This document shows, piece after piece, positions 8,170 to 16,260 of a stretch of 64,000 nucleotides of DNA (position 1 is its first letter; each line of letters opens with the position of its first letter). The stretch is from a virus. The notes beneath the pieces were generated by a model that worked only from the letters and a program-made list of their open reading frames with translations, did no database searches and was not told where the DNA came from. The stretch lies in the IMG/VR virus record IMGVR_UViG_3300043427_003610, positions 1-64,000 of that record; one strand, written 5' to 3'. The position numbers and the translations under genes are program-made.

Positions 8170-9744
8170 ATGAGCGCATTGTACTTACACGACGAATTGT
8201 CTGACATCAGCCTTGGGACGAACAACACCAACAAGGCTGGGGCGGCCGTTGCGTGGCGTGCGCGTGTGGCCAAGCCGACCCCGGAGACTACGGCGAATGT
8301 GACCGCTACGGTCGCGTCGGTAACAGGACCCACGAACGGTCTGGAGACGGGCAACCCGGTCAACGAGTGGATCAGTGCTCCGTTGGCGGCCGCGGTGACG
8401 ATCAGCGGTACGATCAGGTTCAATATGTGCGCGCGCGAATCAAACGCCATGGCTAACGCTGGCGTGGGTGTCGTGGTGCAGCGACTCAACAACGTAGGAA
8501 CCGTGGTCTCGACAATTGTCGACTCGGTTCAAGGAACGGAGCTAGGTACCACTAATGCCCGTCGCACCTGGACGGCGACGCCAACCAGCACCGCGATGGC
8601 GGTGGGCGATCGATTCCGTATTCGCGTGTATTTCGACGACGCTGGTGGTACCATGGTTACGGGGTACACCCTAACACTGACGTACGACGGGACCAACGCA
8701 GCAATCGGCGATTCCAACGTGGACTTTGCCGAAACGCTCTCGTTCATGTCGGGGTCATCAGGCGGCCTTGGGGCGTTTACACCGGTGACCACAGGCATTC
8801 CCACTGGGCGAATTATTAATACGGTCGCTTATGCCAATAATCTGTTTGTTGCAACGGCGACGAATTTTACTCAGCAGACTTCAGTATACACTGCGTCAGA
8901 CGTCGCTGGTCCGTGGTCTCTTGTTGGCACACTTCCAACAGTTAACTCGGTAGCACGCCTTAAGTATGTAAACAATATTTGGATCGCATTGGCTGGGGGG
9001 TTATATACCGCAACCAACCTAAGCGGCCCATGGACAGACAGAACTCCGGCAGACGCAAACAACAGTGAAGATTTTGTGTTCGAGAATAATCAGTATGTGC
9101 TGGTAGGAGCGAGTTCTGGTGTAGGAGCGGTATGGTTCACTTCAGACATACTGCAACCGTCCTGGACGCGGACCACGATTGCGGGTACGAGCATACTGGC
9201 GGGCATCGCCTATGGCGACGGACTATGGGCTACCTGCGATTCCTCAGGTGCTTCCGGCAAGGTGTACACCGCAGCGTCTCCGTCTGGCCCATGGACTCAA
9301 CGTACGAGCCCGACAGCCAACTACACGTCAATGTACTATAGCAACGGCTATTGGGCTGCCGGTACTGGATCGTTGGGTGTGGTATATACTACCAATCCTA
9401 CAGGTACATGGACTCTTACAGGCTCCACTGAATTTGACGGCCTTTCTACTGACGTGATTGTCTATAGTGCAAGTACCGGTTTTTGGTATACAACCGCTGG
9501 TTCACGCTTAGCTTGCACCAGCAATTTTACCAGTTGGACGTTAATTGACAATGTGCTTTCAGGGAGTAGCCTGGAAGGCATCGCCTTGTATGATACGGGC
9601 ATTTTTGTAGGCGGGCAAAGCGGAAAGTCTGCTTACGCTCCGCTGTCATCGCCGTTGTTTCTTACAGACGTGATCAGTTCAATTACTGACCAAGGCGCAA
9701 GTGTTACGGAACTGACTGCGTGGACTAGCCGAGGGAACGGTTAA
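8170..9744 (+). CDS. Virion accessory protein: N-terminal jelly-roll-like domain plus W-repeat beta-propeller
   Basis: Repeated VYTA..(G/S)PW(T/S) blades; lower GC in the propeller part. Confidence 0.65.
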   Translation: MSALYLHDELSDISLGTNNTNKAGAAVAWRARVAKPTPETTANVTATVASVTGPTNGLETGNPVNEWISAPLAAAVTISGTIRFNMCARESNAMANAGVGVVVQRLNNVGTVVSTIVDSVQGTELGTTNARRTWTATPTSTAMAVGDRFRIRVYFDDAGGTMVTGYTLTLTYDGTNAAIGDSNVDFAETLSFMSGSSGGLGAFTPVTTGIPTGRIINTVAYANNLFVATATNFTQQTSVYTASDVAGPWSLVGTLPTVNSVARLKYVNNIWIALAGGLYTATNLSGPWTDRTPADANNSEDFVFENNQYVLVGASSGVGAVWFTSDILQPSWTRTTIAGTSILAGIAYGDGLWATCDSSGASGKVYTAASPSGPWTQRTSPTANYTSMYYSNGYWAAGTGSLGVVYTTNPTGTWTLTGSTEFDGLSTDVIVYSASTGFWYTTAGSRLACTSNFTSWTLIDNVLSGSSLEGIALYDTGIFVGGQSGKSAYAPLSSPLFLTDVISSITDQGASVTELTAWTSRGNG

Positions 9745-12700
9745 TGGCAGCGTCAACCGCAGTACGTACTACCCTGGCGGGCTTTGTCACGCAACTGCAG
9801 TGGACTGCCACGGCGAACGGCAACGCTGTCGAGTGGTATACGCCGCGGCTGTCAGCCGCCACGCTCTCGGGCCTGGTGTCCGCAAATGTGCGGGTCTCGC
9901 TAAGCAATGCTCTGGCCAACGCGACCGTGCGGTTGCAGATCGCCGTAGTCGATAACGACGGTACCAATCAAGTTATCTATGGCGCAGGCAACGCTAATGT
10001 CGAGCCCGGTACAACGGAGACCGTGTGTACGGTCGTAGTCGCTGGCCCGGACACTGCTATTGCGGCGGGACAGCGCCTTCGCTTCAGGTTCTCCCTTGAT
10101 GACTTCGAAGCGGCGATGGGTGCCGGGTACACGGCGACGCTGTACTACAACAGCGCCACGGCTGATGTGTCTGGTGATACGTACATCACCCTGCCGGTGG
10201 TGCTGGCGGAGTACAATCAAACATTAACGCTTACTGGCGTCGAGTCCACAAATGCGTTTGGTGCGCCGACAGTGTCGGCGGCTGTCCAGTCACAGACGAT
10301 CGAAGCGACCGCCGTCGACGATTCGACCGACGCGTTTGGTGCGCACGCGCTTCAGCTCAATCTGACGGCCACTGCTGTCGACGACAGCACAGAAGCGTTC
10401 GGGACGCCGACGGTCGACGCTGGTGCGGTTTCGCTTACGGCCTCTGCGGTTGACGACAGCACGGACGCGTTTGGAACGGCTACCGTTGAGGTCGGTGCGG
10501 TTACGCTTACCGCGTCGGCCGTTGACGATAGCACTGACGCCTTCGGCACCCCGACGGTGGCCGCTGGTGCGGTTTCGCTTACGGCCTCTGCGGTTGACGA
10601 CAGCACGGACGCGTTTGGAACGGCTACCGTTGAGGTCGGTGCGGTTACGCTTACCGCGTCGGCCGTTGGCGATAGCACGGACGCGTTTGGAACGGCTACC
10701 GTTGAGACTGGTGCGGTTACGCTCACCGCGTCGGCGGTGGACGACAGCACGGACGAGTTCGGCGCGCCGACGATCGCAGCCGGTGCGGTTACGCTTACGG
10801 CCTCAGCATTTGACGATAGCACGGACGCTTTCGGATCTGCGGTAGTTACGCCGCAGGCAGTAACGCTGACCCAGGCCGGTGTTGACGACTCGACGGATTT
10901 GTTTGGTAGTCCGACGGCGAGTGCTGGTGCGGTTACGCTGCAAAGCGAAGGGTACGACGACTCCACCGACTTCTTCGGCCTTCCGACTGTAAGCGTTGGT
11001 GCGGTAACGCTGACGCAGACGTCAGTTGTCAATGTCACGCTGTTCGGGCACCCAGAGAGCGACGCGCCGTTCCAAGCGCACGACCTCACGGCTGAAGCGG
11101 TATTCAACACACAGCAGTTTGGTACGGCACAGGTAATTCCTGGGGCGGTGACGCTTACCGCGACCGGGGTTAGCGAGTTCACCTACACGGCACCGGTAGG
11201 CAACGACGGCAACCTGGCCCTCGAGCCGTACAACCCACCGTCCGGCAACTTTGCCAACTTCGACCTGGCCAGCCGGTTCGGGCTGCACACGGTCACGGCC
11301 GGGGCGGCTACCCTTACGGCGTCAGCGGTTGACGATGGCACGGACCTCTTCGGTTCAGCTTCGATCACCACGGGTGCGGTAACGCTAGTTGCTGCGGCGG
11401 TCGACGACAGCACGGGTGACTTTGGCTCGGCCACGGTTACCACTGGTGCGGTCCTGGTCCAGCAGTCGGCCTTTGACGACAGCACGGACGCCTTTGGCTC
11501 GCCCACCGTCGCACAGGGTGCTGTCACCCTTACGGCAAGTGGCTACGACGATAGCACGGACGCGTTCGGCACTCCAAGCCTCGGGCTGAGCCTCGCAGCG
11601 AGCGGCGTTGACGACTCGACGGATACGTTCGGGTCGGCGCAGCTCCGGCTGAATCTGTCGGCATCTGGAGTTGATGACGCGACCGACGCTTTTGGTGCGG
11701 CAACGGTTACGGTTGGTGCGACGACGCTTGCGGCCAGTGGTGTTGACGATAGCACCGACAACTTCGGGTTCCCGGTCATTGCGACGGGGCCGGTGCTGGT
11801 CCAGCAGTCAGCATTTGATGACAGCACGGACGCCTTTGGTGCGCCGACAGTAAACCGTGGGGCGGTCACTGTCACGGCGACCGGATATGACGATTCCACG
11901 GATGCTTTCGGCTCTCCGAACCTTGGGCTGAGGCTTACTGCGAGCAGTGTTGACGATTCGAGCGACGCTTTCGGGTCGGCGCAACTCCAGCTGAATCTGT
12001 CGGCTGCTGGAGTCGACGACTCCACGGACGCGTTCGGTACGGCTACGGTCACTGCTGGCGGTACAACCCTGGTGGCCAGTGCGGTCAATGATAGCACGGA
12101 CGGCTTCGGCACGCCGGTCATTGCCACGGGTCCAGTGCTTGTTCAACAGTCGGCCTTTGACGACAGCACGGACGTCTTCGGTGCTCCGACGGTCAACCGC
12201 GGCGCAGTTACGCTCACGGCGGCCGCGTACAACGATTCCACGGATTCGTTCGGTGCCCCTCAGCTCAATCTGCGTCTTACAGCTACGGCTGTCGATGACA
12301 GTACGGATTCCTTTGGCGCTGCCGCGCTGCGGCTCAACCTGGTCGTCAGCGGGGTTGACGACACTACCGATGCGTTTGGCGGCGCAAGCCTACGGCTGAA
12401 TCTTACGGCTGCCGGAGTCAATGACAGCACGGATTCGTTTGGCTCAGCCAGCATTACCACTGGCGCAGTGCTGGTCCAGCAGTCGGCTTTTGACGACAGC
12501 ACGGACGCGTTTGGTACGCCCACGGTCACGTTGGGCGGTGTCGCCCTGGTCGCGTCTGGTGTTGATGATAGCACCGACGGTTTCGGTTCTGCGGTTGTCA
12601 GCACAGGCGCGGTTACGCTATCGGCGTCTGGCGTTGACGATAGTACGGACCAGTTCGGTACCCCGGTGTTGTCCACCGGGGCGCTCACGATCGTTGCCAC

Positions 12701-13490
12701 CGGGGTGGCCAATGCGCAGGCCTTCGGGACGGCGGCGTTTACAGCGGGCTCCGTCACGATCACCAGTTCCGCGGTGGTCAGTGGGGGTCAGTTCGGTGCT
12801 CCGGTCGTTGCTCCGCAGGCGGTCACGCTGCAGGCGGCCGCGGTAGACGATTCGACCGACGCCTTCGGTACGCCGGTTGTCTCGACCGGGCAGATCGTTC
12901 TTGCGCAGAGCAGTGTCGACGATTCGACGGATGGGTTTGGTGCTCCGACGGTCACGTCTGGTGCGGCGTCGCTCCTGGCGACGGGTGTCAGCGACGGCGA
13001 TACCTTCGGCTCGCCGCTGGTCGTTGCCGCCACCGTCCTGAGTGCCCAGTCGGTCGACGATTCTGTCGATGTCTTTGGTGCGCCCACCGTAGCGCCCGGT
13101 GCGCGGACGCTCTCGGCCAGTGGTGTCGCCGAAGCTGACCAGTTTGGGTCACCTGTCGTGGCGCCGGGGGCCGTCACGGTCACGGCAGCCGGTGCGGTAA
13201 ATCCGAGTGCCTTCGGCCTGGCGACCGTCAACCGCGGCGCGTTCACGCTGTCGGCCACCGGCGTCGATGATCGGACGGATGGGTTTGGGGCACCGACAAC
13301 CGCGGTCGGGCCGGTAACGCTTTCTGGCAGCGGGTTCGCTGACCCTGACCAGTTTGGGGCCCTGGTTGTCTCTCCTGGGCCGGTGTCAGTCGCTCCGACC
13401 TCGGTCGACGACGCAACCGATCAGTTTGGGGCGCACAGGATTCTTGACTACGGTAACGGACAAGTCTCCGCCTTCTTCGCGTTCTTTTAG
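9744..13490 (+). CDS. 1248-aa acidic tandem-repeat protein (putative filament/fibre)
   Basis: About 40+ copies of a ~24-aa unit GAVTLTASAVDDSTDAFGTPTVxx. Confidence 0.75.
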   Translation: MAASTAVRTTLAGFVTQLQWTATANGNAVEWYTPRLSAATLSGLVSANVRVSLSNALANATVRLQIAVVDNDGTNQVIYGAGNANVEPGTTETVCTVVVAGPDTAIAAGQRLRFRFSLDDFEAAMGAGYTATLYYNSATADVSGDTYITLPVVLAEYNQTLTLTGVESTNAFGAPTVSAAVQSQTIEATAVDDSTDAFGAHALQLNLTATAVDDSTEAFGTPTVDAGAVSLTASAVDDSTDAFGTATVEVGAVTLTASAVDDSTDAFGTPTVAAGAVSLTASAVDDSTDAFGTATVEVGAVTLTASAVGDSTDAFGTATVETGAVTLTASAVDDSTDEFGAPTIAAGAVTLTASAFDDSTDAFGSAVVTPQAVTLTQAGVDDSTDLFGSPTASAGAVTLQSEGYDDSTDFFGLPTVSVGAVTLTQTSVVNVTLFGHPESDAPFQAHDLTAEAVFNTQQFGTAQVIPGAVTLTATGVSEFTYTAPVGNDGNLALEPYNPPSGNFANFDLASRFGLHTVTAGAATLTASAVDDGTDLFGSASITTGAVTLVAAAVDDSTGDFGSATVTTGAVLVQQSAFDDSTDAFGSPTVAQGAVTLTASGYDDSTDAFGTPSLGLSLAASGVDDSTDTFGSAQLRLNLSASGVDDATDAFGAATVTVGATTLAASGVDDSTDNFGFPVIATGPVLVQQSAFDDSTDAFGAPTVNRGAVTVTATGYDDSTDAFGSPNLGLRLTASSVDDSSDAFGSAQLQLNLSAAGVDDSTDAFGTATVTAGGTTLVASAVNDSTDGFGTPVIATGPVLVQQSAFDDSTDVFGAPTVNRGAVTLTAAAYNDSTDSFGAPQLNLRLTATAVDDSTDSFGAAALRLNLVVSGVDDTTDAFGGASLRLNLTAAGVNDSTDSFGSASITTGAVLVQQSAFDDSTDAFGTPTVTLGGVALVASGVDDSTDGFGSAVVSTGAVTLSASGVDDSTDQFGTPVLSTGALTIVATGVANAQAFGTAAFTAGSVTITSSAVVSGGQFGAPVVAPQAVTLQAAAVDDSTDAFGTPVVSTGQIVLAQSSVDDSTDGFGAPTVTSGAASLLATGVSDGDTFGSPLVVAATVLSAQSVDDSVDVFGAPTVAPGARTLSASGVAEADQFGSPVVAPGAVTVTAAGAVNPSAFGLATVNRGAFTLSATGVDDRTDGFGAPTTAVGPVTLSGSGFADPDQFGALVVSPGPVSVAPTSVDDATDQFGAHRILDYGNGQVSAFFAFF
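10210..13440 (+). repeat. Degenerate ~72-bp tandem coding repeat
   Basis: Near-exact copies offset by 144 bp (10421 vs 10565). Confidence 0.85.
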
Positions 13491-13502
13491 CGTTAACGTG
13501 TC

Positions 13503-13532
13503 CGCGGCCTGAGCTGCTTGACGCGACGTATT
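13503..13532 (+). promoter_or_regulatory. Class II motif variant (CGACGTATT at 13524-13532)
   Basis: Intergenic, about 110 nt upstream of ATG 13640. Confidence 0.45.
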
Positions 13533-13639
13533 GCTGAACTCTTCACCTCGCCATTATGCCACCCCGAACTAGCCGCCTTCTCCGCTGGGCGCTCGGCCTC
13601 GGTCGGTGGATATACACCTACCAAATAACGAGGACCATT

Positions 13640-13990
13640 ATGAACGCTATTGTGTCGCTTCTGCTTCGTGTTGCCCTGGCGGATATCGCCAAGGGTATTG
13701 TCGCTGGTCTCGCTCCGACGCTCCGCGCGGTGCAGGCGTACAACCTTCAGCCCGCCGACCTGGCCGCGTTGTTCGGACATGTCGCGATGCTGGCAAAGGG
13801 CGCAACGCCCCAGTACGCCCCGCTGGCCCACATGGCGGCCGAAGATGTCAAGGATATGGCCGAGGCGCTGTTCGGCCTGCTGAAGTCGCTGATGACGGAG
13901 TACGGGATTGCCCTGACGAATGAGCAGATCGGTACCTTGCTGGCGGCCGTCGTGGCGCGCGTCCAGGTCAAGTTCCCGGCAGCGGCCTAA
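13640..13990 (+). CDS. Hydrophobic helical hypothetical protein (possibly lysis-related)
   Basis: GAGG RBS; amphipathic helices; function not recognised. Confidence 0.55.
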   Translation: MNAIVSLLLRVALADIAKGIVAGLAPTLRAVQAYNLQPADLAALFGHVAMLAKGATPQYAPLAHMAAEDVKDMAEALFGLLKSLMTEYGIALTNEQIGTLLAAVVARVQVKFPAAA

Positions 13991-14145
13991 TGGAGTCCAT
14001 TTTTGACACGGAAACCGCCATCGTCCTCGGTCTGGCGATCGCCCTGGGCGTGTGGTGGTTGTGGAAAAACCCCAATCCGCCTCCCAAGCCACCGGAAGAG
14101 GTCGATCCTGACCAGCCGGTTAGCGACGAGCCCAAAGCGGAGTAA
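13990..14145 (+). CDS. 51-aa single-TM protein with Pro-rich tail (absent from the ORF track)
   Basis: TAATG coupling; MESIFDTETAIVLGLAIALGVWWLWKNPNPPPKPPEE... Confidence 0.6.
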   Translation: MESIFDTETAIVLGLAIALGVWWLWKNPNPPPKPPEEVDPDQPVSDEPKAE

Positions 14146-14169
14146 GTAGCACCCAATATCGGCGGTTCT

Positions 14170-14196
14170 GTAAGGAGTGGCACACCTTGGTCAATT
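14170..14196 (+). promoter_or_regulatory. Class I motif GTAAG-N15-GTCAATT
   Basis: Upstream of the primase-helicase; -10 box lies in a hairpin loop. Confidence 0.75.
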
Positions 14197-14217
14197 AGGT
14201 GTGCCACCCTTTGTTTT
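14177..14217 (+). terminator. Intrinsic terminator
   Basis: GTGGCACACCT-TGGTCAATT-AGGTGTGCCAC then CCTTTGTTTT. Confidence 0.7.
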
Positions 14218-14226
14218 GGATCCCTT

Positions 14227-16260
14227 GTGATTTCCCTTCTTGAAGCAACCACCCGCCTGTTCCGGGGCCGGGGCGACGTCTACGCCCGGGCCTTTGCCAA
14301 GGACGGGCAGCCTGGCAAGGTCGGCTACACCCTGGTCAAGGAGCCCCTGACCCAGGAGCTGCTCCAGGACCACCTGTCTGGCAAGACCCTGCTGGGTCAG
14401 TACCAGCTGCTGTCCGACTCCACGGTCTATTGGTTCGCCCTCGACTTTGACGACGACGGCGACGCTGGACAGGTCTATGACCAGGCTTCGCGTCAGCTCG
14501 AGGCGTTCCAGGAGGCGGGTCTCCAGACCTACCTCGAGCAGTCCCGTTCTGGTACCGGCTGCCACGTCTGGGGGTTCTTCGACAGCCCCGTCCCTGCCGT
14601 AGATGTCCGGAAGGCCCTGAAGCCGCTTCTGGTCGACGCTAGCAGCTTCGACCGTCTCTACCCTGTTCAGACGACCGTCAGCGAAGCCCGGCCGTACGGC
14701 AACCTGATCGCGCTCCCGTTCTTCGGCGCGGAGGCCCGGGCAGGCTGGTCGAGCCCCTTCGGCCCCGGCGTTCCTGGCGGCGCCAGCGTGTTCCTCAACA
14801 CCGAGACCCTCGAGCCCATCGGCCCGGCCGTGTTCGTGGAGACCGTCCGGTACAACAACCGATACGTGATCGAGGAGCTGGCGAGCAATGCGCCGTCCGA
14901 GCCCGCGCCGTCGACGTCTTCCCGGAGCGAGGACTATGAGCCGGTCGCGTACGGTGAGACGTACGCCGGAGGGCGGCCGGATAAGCCGCTCAACGGCGTG
15001 GTCAAGCTGGTGTCCGACTACGGCTGCCAGTTCATGTCGCACGCGTTCGTTAACCGCAAGAACCTGTCGGAGCCGATGTGGTATGCGGCCATCCAGCAGC
15101 TGACCTGTTTCCAGAACGGTCGGGACGCGGCGCACATGATCAGCCGCGACTATCCCACGTACTCCGAGTCCGAAACCGACGCCAAGTTCACCCAGGCCCT
15201 GCGGCATCCGCCGGTCGGGTGCCGGTACATCCAGGAGCACTTCCCGCAGCTCGCCTGTAAGGGATGCACCGCCAAGGCACCGTACCACCTCGCTGATCGT
15301 CCGCTCGCGGGGCTCGCGAAGGAAACCACCGAGCCGATGCTCCACTCGGACTACAAGGGCTCGTTGGACCGCATGCGCCGTCGCAACCGCGGCGAGATGC
15401 CGGTTGGGGCCTTGTGGGGCACGGCCGGACTGGACCAGTACACCCGCCTTCGTCCCAAGGAGCTGACGGTCGTTGGTGCGCTCCCGTCGATCGGTAAGAC
15501 CGCCCTCCTTGTGGATGCCGCGGTGTCGCTGGCTGAGCGCGGTGTCCCGGCGCTGGTGTTCAGCGCGGAGACCGGCCGTGAAGGCCTGGAGGAAAGGCTC
15601 CTGGCGCGCGTGTCGGGCGTCGACTCCCGTGCGATTCGTGGCGAGCGCATCTGGGCAGGCAACCCGATGCCGCTCACGGCCGACGAAGAGCGCGCCGTCG
15701 ACCAGGCGGCCGAGCGCCTGCACCGCCTGCCGCTGTACGCGCACTACTCCGCGAGTCAGCCGGACCTGATCATCAACCTGATTGAAGACACCGTGCTTCG
15801 CGAGCGCCTCAATCTCGGCGCGCCGATGGTGATCTTCATGGACTACCTGCAGTTCGGCTCGCTGGATGTGGACGGTGGGCTTACCGAGTACGAGAAGCTC
15901 AGTCGCCTCTCCATGGAGTTCAAGTATCTGGCAAAGGTTCTGCGCCAGCCGGTCGTGATCTTCTCGCAGCTGAAGCGCGAGAAGGAGTCGGACGACGAGC
16001 CGCAGATCAACTGGTTCAAGGGCACGGGCCGCATTGAGGCTGACGCGGACGTTGCCATGATCTTGACCGGTGAGCGCACCCCGGGCGCCATCGCCAAGCG
16101 CAAGCTCTCGATCGTCAAGCAGCGCGAAGGCGAAGCCGGAATCTCGATCGATCTCCTCCTGCATCAGACCATCGCCAAGTTCGAACCCGCCCCGACGGTG
16201 ACCGAGCAGACGGTTACCAAGGACATCTTCTCCATGTCTCCCAATGCTTTCGTTGACTGA
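14227..16260 (+). CDS. Primase-helicase fusion: AEP (TOTE-type) primase + Cys-rich PriL-CTD-like domain + DnaB-family helicase
   Basis: FALDFDDD, SRSGTGCHVW, GNLIALP; GCQF...GCRYIQ...CKGC; GALPSIGKT, FMDYLQ, SQLKR, IEADAD, KQREG. Confidence 0.85.
   Translation: MISLLEATTRLFRGRGDVYARAFAKDGQPGKVGYTLVKEPLTQELLQDHLSGKTLLGQYQLLSDSTVYWFALDFDDDGDAGQVYDQASRQLEAFQEAGLQTYLEQSRSGTGCHVWGFFDSPVPAVDVRKALKPLLVDASSFDRLYPVQTTVSEARPYGNLIALPFFGAEARAGWSSPFGPGVPGGASVFLNTETLEPIGPAVFVETVRYNNRYVIEELASNAPSEPAPSTSSRSEDYEPVAYGETYAGGRPDKPLNGVVKLVSDYGCQFMSHAFVNRKNLSEPMWYAAIQQLTCFQNGRDAAHMISRDYPTYSESETDAKFTQALRHPPVGCRYIQEHFPQLACKGCTAKAPYHLADRPLAGLAKETTEPMLHSDYKGSLDRMRRRNRGEMPVGALWGTAGLDQYTRLRPKELTVVGALPSIGKTALLVDAAVSLAERGVPALVFSAETGREGLEERLLARVSGVDSRAIRGERIWAGNPMPLTADEERAVDQAAERLHRLPLYAHYSASQPDLIINLIEDTVLRERLNLGAPMVIFMDYLQFGSLDVDGGLTEYEKLSRLSMEFKYLAKVLRQPVVIFSQLKREKESDDEPQINWFKGTGRIEADADVAMILTGERTPGAIAKRKLSIVKQREGEAGISIDLLLHQTIAKFEPAPTVTEQTVTKDIFSMSPNAFVD

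Noticed and set aside
10210-13440. Regularly spaced repeats as a possible CRISPR array
   Set aside because: The repeats are in-frame coding units with synonymous variation; there are no unique spacers and no cas genes.
13640-14145. Confident holin/spanin call
   Set aside because: No endolysin nearby and no lipobox; left as hypothetical membrane-associated proteins.
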